Positions 1-12,609 of a stretch of DNA of 64,000 nt are shown here, in pieces. The stretch is from Callorhinchus milii (Eukaryota). The position numbers were made by a program, and so were the translations under genes. Under the pieces are notes generated by a model. That model had not been told where the DNA came from and did no database searches. It saw only the letters and a list, made by a program, of their open reading frames with translations. The stretch lies in NCBI RefSeq assembly GCF_018977255.1, contig NW_024704743.1, positions 108,192,001 through 108,256,000 on the forward strand. The letters run 5' to 3'. How positions within the stretch are numbered: position 1 is the stretch's first letter; every line of letters begins with the position of its first letter.

Positions 1-182
1 CAATGTCCCACAAACAGTCGTAGATTGAAAATGACCAATTTATTATTGTTTTTGGTTTTGGAGGGATTATTATTAGGCGTGTGGAGTAAGGAAACTTGCC
101 CAAGGTTTCGCCCTGCCTGGAATTGAACTCAGGTCTCTTGCTTGCAAAGCGAGTGCTCTAACCACTGAGCTACAGGACTCCA
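1..182 (-). mobile_element. Young tRNA-Ala-derived SINE, 5' half (cut by window edge)
   Basis: Minus strand reads TGGAGTCCTGTAGCTCAGTGGTTAGAGCACTCGCTTTGCAAGCAAGAGACCTGAGTTCAATTCCAGG with Pol III A and B boxes; near-identical to the copies at 41920 and 53273. Confidence 0.9.
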
Positions 183-499
183 CGGCGTCCTTGAGCGGTT
201 ATTGAGAATATTGATGACTTGTCTGGGAAGTTTACAACCTGACACAACTCATTGCAATCCTGTGTTACACATGATCAAGATTATAAGGAGTCCACTTGGC
301 AGCCTTGTTTTGGATTCTTCCACATCTCCCTCTTATACTCTTTGATGTCTTGAGGCAGGGCCCTTCCTCATGTTTTCTTTTGTTCATCATTCAACACTAA
401 ACCTGATGATGTTTTGCTTGCAGTCTGTGTGCGGAGTATTACAACTCCTATTACAGTATAACAGCGTGGCTTTTAGACATTAGTGATGTTGTGAACTAC

Positions 500-1212
500 G
501 TAACCTCCCTGGGATCTCTCTCAGACTCACCGAACCCGTGCACAACTTAGGCATCAGGTTCAATCCCCAGCTTTCCTTTCTACCCCACATCCATTCTCTA
601 ACCAGGACTGCTTTTAACTACCTCTGTCACATATCTCACAACCGACATAGCCAAAACCACGCCTTTGTCGCTTCCTGGATGGACTATTCCCCCCTTGCTG
701 GTCTCCCCAGCTCCACCATACACAATATTCAATTAATCCCAAACTCTGCTGCCCGGATACTCACCCTCACAAAACTCTGTACCTCCATCACACCATTCCT
801 TGCCAGGCTCCATTGGTTCCCAGTTACCAAATGGCTCAATTTCAAGATCCTCTCACTCATTTTCAAATCCCTTCATTGCCCTCGCACCTCCCTACCTATC
901 TGATCTGCTTAACCCCGTTCCACCACCCACTGCCTCCGTTCAGATGGCTCCGGACTCTTGTTTGGCCCTCATCCCCTCCGCTCCACTATTGGTGGCACTG
1001 CCTTCAGCCACTACACCCTGGAACCCTCTCAATCCCTCAGCCTTGCCTCCCTGCCCACTTGGAAATCACATCTCAAAACCTTCCTTTTTGATCGTGCTTA
1101 TGGTCACCTCCCATCTCTTTCTCCATATGTCTTGGTGTCAGACTCCGGCGCCATGAACCTCTCCAGGGCACTACCCTGAGTGAAGGGCACTTTATAAATG
1201 TTTGTTGTTATT
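500..1212 (+). mobile_element. Decayed L2 LINE, 3' fragment
   Basis: ORF2 C-terminal remnants ([42 protein letters not shown]) with frameshifts, then an L2-type tail ending tataaatgtttgttgtt. Confidence 0.85.
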
Positions 1213-2751
1213 TTAGTCTGTTGATGCAATTGTATTTGCAGTTAAGTTATTCTGATGTGGACCTCCTATAGCTTTGACAGTGCAAACAATTCTCCCCGGC
1301 TTTCAATCTTGTAAATTACATGTCTTGTACAGATCAATTTGCTTGTCTTGACTGATTCCTATCATTGAGTATTTTTCTCCTTCAACCATCAAGATATGGT
1401 GAGACACCAACTCTCTCCTTAGCTCCATCTAGATTAAGACATGTGCCAAAAAAAAAGATAATGTTGTGATTTCTTGTCTCACCTAGTTCTCTATCTTGAA
1501 CTAAAAAGAGAAGCTCTATGGTTGGAACACGCAGTGTCAATAGCATTTGACCCAAACCATGGTGGCCAAAGCAAGCAGTCGTGGATTGAGTGACCAAATT
1601 ATTATTATTTTTTTTAGAAGGTATTATTATGCCAGGAAAGCGATCCGCAAATCGACTAACAACCAGGTTCCTACTTAATGCTAGGTAAGTATATGTATTT
1701 GTGGGTAGGTAGGGAGAGGGGGAAAACCAATCTCGATATCTTTGTATGGGGACTAGGGAGTACAGTATTTATTCCCAGCAATGGACACTTTGAGTAAGAC
1801 CTGTGTGATGTACAGAAAGTGTTAAACACAGAATTTTCAAGGAGTTGACACATCCTAGCTCAAGTTTGGAAGTCGAGTCCTGATAGTAGGAAGGAGTTGT
1901 GGCCTGAGTCACATTTTTGCATAATGACTGCAGTTACTGACATCTCCAATTGAAAAATAGATACTTTTAATCCATTTCAAAGTGTCTGACAGGTGGAGTG
2001 GCCCTTTTGTGATTCTGAGCACATCCTGCCACTTTGACAATGATCAAAATTCCCAGGAGGGTGCAGGATTCATCCAAACTTAACAGCTGTTCAAATTAGT
2101 GATGTGTGCAGTTGTGTTAGGATTGCATTAATTGGATGCCAAGCTTATAGTCACTGAATGTCCTTTCAAAGTGACGAGTATTTTCTTCACAAATCATTGC
2201 ATTGGCACTTCAGTAAAAAGTGCGGCAATTGGGCTTGCATACATTAACTGTTGTCAATACAACATGCAATTGAAAATAATGGTTTGAACTGCAAAATACT
2301 AACGTGACAGCCGTAAAATGAAGAGAGTTCTGCATTATTTTTGAATAACCACATTCCCTTTCGTGCATATATTTAACCTTGATATGCTTTGCCCTCCCTT
2401 CTCCCCCCCACTCCCAATAAATCATATTGTTTTACTTAATAAAGCTTTCCTGGTTGGCAGTTCAGTGCAGGAAATATACGAAGGAAGTGTGTATGATGCA
2501 ATCAGTGTGAAAATTATCACAAGTAAAAATTATTAAATGTATTAAGATTGACTGCAATATGAGGTTGTAACTATTACCCGTGATAATCATTATATCAGTG
2601 TGTTATGATGTGTTATGAAATACCATGCATTTCACCCCAGAAGCTCCCACAATGATTTGTTTGTTAGATTTCTTCACCAGCGTACAGCTGAGGTGTGCAG
2701 TCTGTGAAGGTTGCTGGTACTCTCAGTAAATACTGTGGCTATCTTTGAAGT

Positions 2752-3310
2752 AACAACAACTTGCACTTACGTCGCGCCCATCTTGCAGGGTAGCTTCCCA
2801 GAGCGCCTCACAGTGGCAGAGGACAATGCTGAGCCTGGGAAGTGGGAAAGGTAACGGTAAGAATGATCAAAGAGGAAGGTCTTCAGGCATTACCTGAAGA
2901 TGGAACAACAACTACTTGCACTTATACAGCAACCCTCTATGCAGTGTAGCATCTCAGAGAGCTAAACAAGGGGCAATGCGAAGGGATAGAGGAGTTTTGG
3001 ATTTTAGTGGCTGAAAGTGTGGCCATTGATGGTGGAATGGAGGGCATGAGGGACAACCAGGAGGCTGGAGCCACTCGAGCGGAGGCAACAGGTGGGGAGT
3101 TAAGCAGGTAAGAGAGGTAGGAAAGTGCCAGGCTGAAAAAGGAATTTGAAGACTAGTGTGAGGATCTTGAAGTCTATCAGTTGGGTGATAGGGAGCCAGT
3201 GGATCCTGGCAAGAACTGTTGTGATGGGGGTACAGAGTTTAGTGCAGGTGAATATGTGGATGGTAGAGTTTTGGATTAACTGGATTTTGTGGAGCTGAGT
3301 AGACTGCTGC
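2752..3310 (-). mobile_element. Decayed L2 3' fragments (two tails)
   Basis: caacaacttgcactta-type tails near 2755 and 2905; minus-strand ORF contains IQLIQNS...LARIHWLPITQLIDFKILTLVFK. Confidence 0.75.
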
Positions 3311-3705
3311 AGACGGTATTTGAGTAGTATAGCACTCCGAGTGAGTTGATCACTGTCTGGACAATGTTGGAGTTCCCTCAATTCCTTTACCTGTGTAAAA
3401 GAGAGAGAATAAATTTCATTTTCTTTTGTCCGTGAGACCGAGTTAAATTTATTTGGTCAGTCTCCATAACTTGAGAATCCTCACATCTTCTTCCCTGAAC
3501 ACTTTGTAACACAAGAGAAAGTTATTTTGAAAACACCCAACAGTGCTCCCAATATTCCCAGTGATCTGTACAATATTAACATAACCTATCTTGATTTATA
3601 ATAATTGCTCTCAAAGAAAATAATTGATCATCATGGCCAGATGCTTTGACATTTTCAACATTTAATGTGCACCTTTGGGGTCTACACTTTCCATGTTATC
3701 TGCTT

Positions 3706-4067
3706 TGGAGTCATGTTGTGTAGTGGTTAGTGCACTTGGCTCGCAAGCGAAAGGACCCGGGTTTGATTCCCGGGCAGAGTGAAATGTTTGGCAAGTTTCC
3801 TTACTCCACACGCCTCTGTTTGCCTAGTAGTATGTAGGAACCTGGTTGTTAATCAATTGGGGATCTCTTTTCCGGGGTAATAATGCCTTATTATTAAAAA
3901 AAATCCATGAGTGTTTGTGGGACACTGCTGTGGGAAATTAGCTGATGCATTTCGCCCACAAAATATACAGTCAATTCACTTTACAGTATATTCTGTGAAG
4001 TGCTTTGCGACATTTCGAAGACATGATAAGGCACTATATCAAATGCAAGCATGACTATTATTATTAT
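3706..4067 (+). mobile_element. tRNA-Ala SINE, older long subfamily
   Basis: tRNA-like head (anticodon loop ctCGCaa), ggcaagtttccttactccacacgcct box, an extra ~60-bp segment (3816-3877), then the shared 3' body and (TTA)n tail. Confidence 0.8.
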
Positions 4068-4123
4068 CTATCACCCAACTTCTCTGGTGAAAACTATCTT
4101 TGCTTTAGAGTGTCAGTCTAGAC

Positions 4124-4338
4124 AACCTTTTGAGTCGGCCAACCAAATAAACTTTTTTGATTGAATATTTCTTGATTTATGGTCGCACTATAAATATTGC
4201 TACTCAGTAGCTACTGGAAATAAAATATTGATTTTACAATACGTAGCTTATTTACACAGACTTACCTAGACTAGTGCTATTGTGCGGTGGGTCACTTCTT
4301 GATACCCCCATGGGCTGAAAGTGTGCTGGCCACCACTG
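4124..4338. mobile_element. Non-autonomous hAT (Charlie-like) MITE inside a DeuSINE-like copy
   Basis: Right end gctggccaccactg; 8-bp flanks gtctagac / gcctagac; interior similar to the reverse complement of 7168-7294; left TIR partly lost. Confidence 0.6.
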
Positions 4339-4430
4339 GCCTAGACCATTAGAATTCAACTGATGTGGGACTTGAACCCACAACATTCAGGCTCAGAGGG
4401 GAAAGTGCTGCTAACTGAGCCAGGCTGACA
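4339..4430 (-). mobile_element. DeuSINE-like SINE, tRNA-derived 5' head
   Basis: Minus strand tgtcagcctggctcagttagcagcactttcccctctgagcctgaatgttgtgggttcaagtcccac, with A and B boxes; the same head recurs many times in the window. Confidence 0.75.
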
Positions 4431-6950
4431 CATGTTTCAGTACACTGCATAAGTAGAACGATGCGTTCCCAGCACACAGATTCTCTTGAATAAGGTGACA
4501 GTGCCGTGTCAACTTTAAGAAATTGGAGATTTAATGGGATTTGGCCGGGTATAAACACACAACCTTTTGGGTGATATTAGTTTCCAGTCAAGTGAGCCAT
4601 GTAAGAAAGAGGTTGTCGCTGTTCATTTTGAAAGAAGGAGCAAAGCACTTAGTATTCAGAAGCAAAGCTGAATACTTTCCTCAATTTGAAAATGAAAAGG
4701 CTGGAGCTGTGTTATGTTTTTTAAAATAAAGATTATTATCTTCACATAGACTCGCCAAATTCCTTAGAGGAATTGCTTTGATTTCTCCTTGCTTCCCATA
4801 TCCCCAACCTGCTATACTTCTGACAATCTTGTTATGAGCAGCATGTATCAGTATCAGAAGACTCATTTACTGAATAGCTGCAGACCTGTCATGACACTGT
4901 AATTACATTTTTCTGACCAATGCTTTCAGTTCATGTTACGTTTCCGAAACTTTGTCACTTCTCTCTCGAGGCCAACTCTACACTATTTTGATGACTGAGA
5001 GTGAGTTGAGATGTAAAAGAAAGTGTGGAATATAGCACAGATTAGTAGCTGCTCTCATGAATTGGCGACTCTCTTGTGACTGACTTGATGTGTTTTCAGC
5101 CCCCAGATAGTATGTTACAGCAGTTTGTTAACAGTTGTGTCAATACTGTTTTAATGCTTCACTACATTTTTGCACTTTAAAGTCATTATATAAGGGATGC
5201 TACTCTTCAGACCTGACAAGAGGGATTAAATTGCTTTCTTGGCTGTGGTGAAACAGCAGATATGCAAAATTGGACAGTTTATAGGAATATGCTTGGTTCA
5301 AACTGTGCCTGTTGCAGACTTCAATGAGGCTCAATGTCATTTTTAAACCTACCTTTTAATGTTATGGTTGCCACAGCGCATTTTTCTTGTTGTGTGAATA
5401 TTAGCAAGTTTGGTATTTAATACTGGCAAGTTTTGGATGGATGTGATTGATTGAGGAAGGCTGGAAATTAACTATTGTGCTTTAAAGTTAGAACAGGAGT
5501 TTGAAGAAAGAACAATTTGTAGCTTATTCCATACGGTGAGCTATCCAGAGAGACCGACTATGATCCTCAGGCTGAGCTGAGTTGGCTGATCTCAGTCAGT
5601 GATGGTTAAGGGAGCTACAATAGGCTCCAGTACCACAGGTTGTGGAGAAAACCAGCCAGGATATCTGCTCCTGATCGCATCTTCGAGACTTCTCAAAGAT
5701 TTTGTAAACTGTCAGGATTGTATATTTTGTGGGTGAAATGCAACAGCCATTTGCGCCCAGAAGTGTCCCACAAACAGTCGTGGATTGAGTGACAAATTCT
5801 TTTCTAATAGCACTGTGGGATCTTTAATGTCCACCTGAACAGGTAGACGGGGAACTCGGTTTAACATCTCATCCGAAAGGACAAGTTAGGTGAAATAAGC
5901 AAATTCTTTTGGTAGCCAGGAAACCCAGCTGGAGGTTCAGTTGTGTAGATGTTATTTTAGAACAAGATTTGGCTCTGCTGCAATTCTTCCCTGCCCCTCT
6001 CTTCCCGATAAAACATTCTGTCGACACTCAACGTCAAGATTCACACTTACAAAGAAATTAGTGGAGGTGCTGGTGGGGCCCAGCACCCGTGGACACTGCT
6101 TACAGTTGGGGGGGACAGGAGCCCAATAGCTTCACCAAAGGGAGGGAGAGAAGAGAATTGGTTGAGGAAATAATAATAAATAACTCTTACATTTGATATA
6201 GGCTTTTCATATCAGGAGGACATCCCAAAGCGTTGTGCAGAATATACTGCGAAGTGTAGGACTGTGCATTTGTAGGCGAATACTAATACCTAATTGCGCA
6301 TTGCAATGTTCCAGAAACAGCCACTAAATGGCCAGGGGATGGGGGTGAAAAGCACCACTCAGCATGGTAGGGCAGTGAATATTTACTTCACGTAACTCAG
6401 TCGATTCCATGTCATGCTGTTTGTTGCTAAAAATAACCATCTTTTCAATTCCCATTATAAAACTAAATGCAATGATTGCTCCTTCATCAATCAGCAGAGG
6501 ATGGACTCTCTGTCCAGCTTGAAGTGTGATTGTATTTTTCCACAAACAATAAGAGCCCTGTGCTCCATGATTTTCTTTTAGTACAGTAAAGTTTTCCACA
6601 TCTATTTATGATGACTTTAGCTAAAGAAATGGCACAAGCCATTTTTAAGTGTGTTCGCCTCCCCCTAAGACATTCACACAATTCCAGCTCTTTCAGTTAG
6701 AACCACCATCATATTACCTTAATTAATTTATATCTTTCACACACAAGGAACTGCCGTTAATAACGTGAGAAATGTACTTTATTCTCGTTTGGGGAAAGAT
6801 GGAAACACAGTAAATTAGGCCTCAAATGGAATATAAAATAATGTGTTCAGTCACTGATAATGAAATACAATTCATCTTCACAACTTTATCCTTTATCATT
6901 CACCGTGATTTTCAAAATATATCCTAGTCTTTCTCAAGTGACAGACTTTG

Positions 6951-7160
6951 GTGTTAGCCTGGCTCAGTTGGTAGCTCTTTTTCTGAGTCAGAAAGTTATG
7001 TGTTCAAACCCCATATTGGGAATTTGAACAATATTGTAGGCTAATACTCCAATGCAGTGTTAGGGGTATACTGTATTGTTGGAGGCGCTGTCCTTGAATG
7101 CCCTGTCTGCCTGTTACAGATTCCATGGCCACTATTTGAAAAGAGAAGGGACTTCCTCAG
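6951..7160 (+). mobile_element. DeuSINE-like SINE, 5' part
   Basis: gtgttagcctggctcagttggtagc head followed by ggaggcgctgtc...gattccatggccactatttgaaaagag body. Confidence 0.7.
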
Positions 7161-7167
7161 CTTAGAC

Positions 7168-7294
7168 CAAAGGTCTCCAACTGCTGAATCGCATTCAACC
7201 AGTCGATATGCCTTGCGTTGCCAAAAATGAAGAAACATTCAATGAAGAAAAATATATTTGTTGGCTGACCGACCATCAAGGTTGGCGACCACTG
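7168..7294. mobile_element. Non-autonomous hAT (Charlie-like) MITE, ~127 bp
   Basis: Imperfect TIRs caaaggtctccaac ... gttggcgaccactg; 8-bp flanks gcttagac / gtctatac resemble the NTCTAGAN target known for Charlie elements. Confidence 0.65.
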
Positions 7295-7717
7295 GTCTAT
7301 ACTGTGTACTCAAAGTCCCTGATGTGGGGCTTGAAACCATAGCTTTTTGACTCTCAAGAGAGAGAGAGGGCTAGAATTCCTGACTCAGAGCAAAGTACTT
7401 CCACGTGTGACTTTAGGTATTGCAGCCTTTTCTCATTCCTCCTTGTACTTGCGAATTTTAGTAAAGCTTTCATACTAAGTAGCCTCTGTGTTCTCCTAAC
7501 CCTATCAGCATGAGTACCTGCTCAAAGGTGGCTCAACTGAGTCAGAATTAGGCACTCCAACTGGTATTTTCAGATAACTCCACTGCCCGGTAACTGGAAT
7601 GTCTAATCGGAGTCTGTTCGCACTGCCAGAATTCTGATGTCGACAGTTACTCTCTAAATGCTTACCCTTTTCTTGTTTTAGAATATTATTACAGAGACTC
7701 AAGGATACATTCTGTAG

Positions 7718-8037
7718 TGGAGTCCTGCAGCTCAGTGGTTAGAGCACTTGCCTTGCAAGCGAGACACCTGGGTTCAATTCCAGGCAGGGCGAAACCTTGG
7801 TTAAGTTTCCATACTCCCCACGCCTAATAATAATCCCTCCAAAACAAAACAATAATAAATTGGTCATTTTCAATCCACGATTGTTTGTGGGACACTGCTG
7901 TGCGCAATTGGCTGCCGCGTTTCGCCGACAAATATACAGTCAATTCACTTTACAGCATATTCTGTGAAGCGCTTTGAGACGTCTAGAAGACGTGAAAAGC
8001 GCTATATCAAATGCAAGGATTATTATTATTATTATTA
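7718..8037 (+). mobile_element. tRNA-Ala SINE, full length (short subfamily, TAGAA-loop tail)
   Basis: Cloverleaf head with TGC anticodon, A and B boxes, shared body, tail agcgctttgagacgtctagaagacgtgaaaagcgct, then (ATT)n. Confidence 0.9.
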
Positions 8038-8525
8038 GAAACAACAGCTCTTTATTAAGACCTAGCAATCCTAGGCAACCTTGCATATAAGAAATACAAC
8101 AATGTAAGATAAACAATGGGATCAAATGTAACTAACACGCATAACTAGAAGCACAATACTATATTAGTATAAAGTAGTTAAACCAACCTGAATTTACAGT
8201 AATCCTGTACATGTCAGTACGCACTAAATGACGACCATTAGACAGCGTCCACGAGGTGCACCAAGCATTATTTTTTGTAGGCGCGTGGCTCTGCCCACCG
8301 TATGATGCGAATGCGAGGGTTTTTCCCGCTCGAGAGTCCATGTGACTTTCCAGGCTGCTTGTTAACTGCCTGGCAATCAAGCAACCTTGAGACTAGTTTT
8401 TGTTGCAACTTGGGCGCCTCATGTATGCTATTTGCTAAGTCTTTTGCAAACAGCTTCTGCAACTAAATCTTTTGAAAGCAGTTTCTTAACCATATATAAT
8501 ATAATACATATTATATATAATGGAT

Positions 8526-8842
8526 TAATAATAATAATACTCCTTGCATTTGATATAGACCTTTTCACATCTTCTAGACGTCTCAAAGCGCTTCACAGAA
8601 TATGCTGTAAAGTGAATTGAATGTATATTTGTGGGCGAAATACGGCAGTCTATTGCGTACAGCAGTGTCCCACAAACAGTCATGAATTGAAAATGACCAA
8701 TTTATTATTGTTTTGTTTTGGAGGGATTATTATCAGGCGTGTGAAGTAAGGAAACTTGCGCAAGGTTTCGCCCTGCCTGGAATTGAACCCAGGTATCTCG
8801 CTTGCAAGACGAGTGCTCTAACCACTGAGCTACAGGACTCCA
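8526..8842 (-). mobile_element. tRNA-Ala SINE, full length, inverted relative to 7718-8037
   Basis: Reverse complement aligns end to end with the 7718 copy and shares its TAGAA loop and cagcatattc variant. Confidence 0.9.
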
Positions 8843-8854
8843 CAGCTGGGGGAT

Positions 8855-9165
8855 CACCCACGCCCCCAGCCAACCGACCGCCCCCGCCCACCAGCCATCC
8901 ATCCCCCCCTCCACCCAGCCAGCCCTCTGCTCCCCCACTAGCCAACCGCCCGCTCCCCCCCACCAGCCAACCACCCCCCTCTCCTCCGCCCAGCCAGCCC
9001 TCCCTCCAGCCAGCCCCTGCTCCCCCCCAGCCAGCCCCCGCTCCCCCAAAGCCAGGCCCCCACTCCCGCCCAGTCAGCCCCCGCTCCCCCCCAGCCAGCC
9101 CCCCCACTCCCGCCCAGCCAGACCCCACTCCCCCCCAGCCAGCCGCCCTGCTCTGCCCCCAGCCA
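8855..9165. repeat. C-rich low-complexity / degenerate minisatellite (CCAGCCAGCCCC motif)
   Basis: Repeated ccagccagcccc and cccccc runs; these explain the Pro-rich and Gly-rich ORFs here. Confidence 0.9.
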
Positions 9166-10339
9166 ATAAACCATCTAACCGTGACAATATGTTCTATGCA
9201 GCTTCAGTGGATACATCGCTGCAGTAGGTCTTTATTCAAATCACTGGGTTTCTTAAGAACATTTCAATATCTGGGATCATAATCGTTTTTTTCTTATTTG
9301 AAGATGTGTTAATTAATTAATTAAACATTTAATTGGTGTTATTTGAGGAGAGGAAATTAAGCAGAACAAACTTACAGCTGTGACGACTAGGTTAATAATA
9401 GGCTCTTGTGGCATGTTACATCTGATGAATAGACAGTGGCTTTAATTGGAGGGAAGTTAAACAGGCAGCAGATTACTTTACTATCTGAACTACTCAAAGC
9501 TAGAACAAGACCAACTGTGATGCATTTGTTGGTATTAATTCTTTTTCAGAGTACAGGCAAACATCATTATAAGCCTCCCAGGTATATCACAGGTCTCATA
9601 GTGAATCCATAGAATCATAGAAATTTACAGCATAGAAATTTACAGCATCATTGTCTGTGCAAGCTCTTTTAAAAAGAGCAGTCATTTCAGTCCCATTTAC
9701 CTGCCCCTTCTCATGCCTCGATGCATTTACTCCTTGTTTCAGATATCGTGATACATGCGCTCAAGCTATATAATTCCAGCTTCCTGTGGTTAACTGGCTC
9801 GCTTTCTATACATAGAACACAGCTACAAAGGCCTTTCAGCTTCTACAGGGGGCTTAGCAACTGCTGGAAATACTCATGATGGTGGGTACCTGCATGCTAC
9901 ATGCTGTACGCAGGAAGTAACATCAGCAGTGAGCAACCTGGAAGGTCTGAGTGGCGGCTATTTTATAGAGTGACCCATTACAACACGGTACCAGTTTATT
10001 AACCCAAACCACCACATTGTAATGGAGTCGGCCTGTATAAGTGTCCTCTGTTTTAATACTCACTTTCACTTTCCTGACGAGCTACAAGGCTTGGTGGGGA
10101 CAAGAATGTGGGTGGGCAACTTCCTTCAGGGCCCCACCGTTCCCATTGTTAGGCACGTGACTTCTTAAATTCAGTTTCATTTGGAAAACAGATTCTTTGG
10201 AGAACTGCAGACAACTGGCTTTTAAATTTTAAGAATTCTCCACAAAAAAATCTGCACTATGGTAAATTTTGATCTTGGAGACTAAGAATGGATGTCCAAT
10301 AGGACACTGTAACATCCCTTCTCTTCCACCATGTTCTAT

Positions 10340-10595
10340 TCTTCACCTGTCTATTCAGGTGGATGTTAAGGATCCCATCATACGATTTGAAAAAAGAAGA
10401 TAGTTTCTCCTGGTGTCCTGGCCAAAAATCTCCCCAGTCATTCACGTTATGGCTATTTGTGGGACATTGCTGTGTACGAATTAGTCACATTTGCCTACAA
10501 AATGCACGCTCATTACATTTTGTGTATTTTTAACTGCCTGTGATGGGTTTTGAGAAATCCTCCTTGTATCAAATGTAAGGATCATTATATTATTT
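10340..10595 (+). mobile_element. DeuSINE-like SINE, 3' part
   Basis: cctgtctattcaggtggatgttaaggatccca...ggtgtcctggccaa...tttgtgggacattgctgtg, then the tail. Confidence 0.7.
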
Positions 10596-12380
10596 TTTAT
10601 CTTATAAGTTTTCTTAATTTAAAGAAAAGGCAGTTATAAATCACATATGATCATGAACGTAATTCACACAGTACATTTCCATGTTATCTCCAATAAGATA
10701 ATATATATGCCCTTCTAGCTTCATAAAGCCTGGCTGGATTGTTTTTCAATCGGAGCAGAATGTCTATTTTCTAATGAACCTACACTGTATTATCAAATTA
10801 GGGCTATTTAGCATAATTTAGTAGTGTGCTCGCCCTTAACTAATAATGCACATCACCTCCAGGTTTTGTAAAATTATTAGTATGAAATAGGAAAATGCTT
10901 CCAGAGATAAAAGATTTATTCTCAATGCATGTAAATGAATTAAAGGGAAATCACACTCACTCGTATACTCTCGGTCTTTTCTACTGATTGACTAAGGAGG
11001 CATCCAGCAGTCTCTGGCCATGTAAGCCTGGACAGCTGGGCTCCAGGAGTCTTCATTGGCCACAATCCATCTTTACAGAAGTCTGAGACTGACATGTGAG
11101 CAGGATTGCAAGGGTTGACTTGAGAGATGTCCTAAACTATCATCATTGCACACTCTGGGTCCAAGCCTTGTCTCTTGCCAACTAGCACCTCATACTCTCT
11201 GGAGTTAAGTAATCAGGGAAAAGAGCGTGCTCCCATCTCAGATGCAAACCCTCCAGTGCCTTGGGATTTCCTCCCATGTGAAAGGCAATATATAAATACA
11301 ATTTGTTGTTGCACATTCTATTCCAGATACAGGGACTTTTCTCTGTGTAAGTGGCTTGCATATGTGGAACTCTCAGCCTGGTTTGGATACTCTTAAGTGC
11401 GGTGATGGGTTTCCGCATGTGTCAGACATCTGGCTGAGCAAAACAAAAAGGCTCAGGTGATTGGTTTAAGTCTGTGATAGAGAACCTGTGGGGCCTCAGA
11501 CTACAGCCTGAAACTGGGAATTAGCATTGCAAGCCTCCAAGGCAATTCAAATTCAAAAACCTCACCAATAATAGATAGGATGACACTAGTAATTTGCATG
11601 ATATATTACCGAATATAGTGAGCCTTAAAATGTTAGTGATAAAGCGTATTTACATATACCCTGGAGCACTTCAACCAGATGAGCTCAGCTGAGGGTGTCT
11701 TTTGTAAGTCTAAAATGTCCAATTGAACGCAACACTGTTGGATATCCTTTTATATATTGTGGAAAAGAAACTGAAGTCATTTTTGTGGGAACATTATTTA
11801 GAAGCTGGGCCATGTGTCCTCTGATTTTAAAATGGAAAATTGCTGTCGTCTTATAAGTTACATTTATTTTTAAATGCTGGAAAAAGCTAGTTTATTATGA
11901 AGCTAACAACTAATCATGTCAGTTTTCAATATTATGAGATGTTTTAAGTTTAATTTGTCCAGGCCTCGGAGTAGAGAAGCTATCTGTTTATTAAGTCGAG
12001 AGGATTCATTAATCTAATCCATCAATAGCTTGAACTTAGATTGCCTTTTACAGGGTCACGTCTCAAGTGCTTTATAGAGTTGGAGTGGAACCTGTGTTTG
12101 TGTGCGCGTGTGTGTGTGAGCTTGTGCTCGTGTGTGGGGGGGTCGGGTCATAAGGAGTTAACCCAAGATGAGGTCAAAAAAGTAGGTTTTGAGAGCATTT
12201 TTGAAGGCAGAGAGGGAGCACTCAATATCTAGCTTTAAATCCCGCTGAAAAACCTACCTCTGCAACCAGCCTATAGTCACCTCCCCCTTCTGACTTGCAT
12301 GGTACCCAACCCTGCCCTTGTGAAAGCTTTGAGACATTATCCTATGTAAAGGGAGCTATAAAAAGGCAAGTTGTTGCTGT

Positions 12381-12609
12381 GGATGACACCCAATTCTATC
12401 TCTCTGCTTCCATTCTCGACTCCAAGATCACTGCTGTCCTGATGTCAAGTCCTGGCTGAGAGCCAATTTTCTCTGATTGAATGTCGACAAGACCAAGGCC
12501 CCTCTCTTTGACTTCTGTCAGTATCTTCTCACCTCAGGCACTGACAGCATCATTTTTCATGGATGCACTCTATATGTCACTGAACCAGTATGGAACCTTA
12601 GGGTCTTAT
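12381..12609 (+). mobile_element. Old L2 fragment, left part (outer layer of nest)
   Basis: Degenerate DDTQ.Y...NVDKT...GTDSI...EPV.NL.VL, collinear with the same region of the young L2 copies. Confidence 0.75.

Noticed and set aside
8705..9282. Pro-rich 189-aa ORF and Gly/Trp-rich antisense ORFs
   Set aside because: These are translations of a SINE plus a C-rich low-complexity tract, with no recognisable domain.
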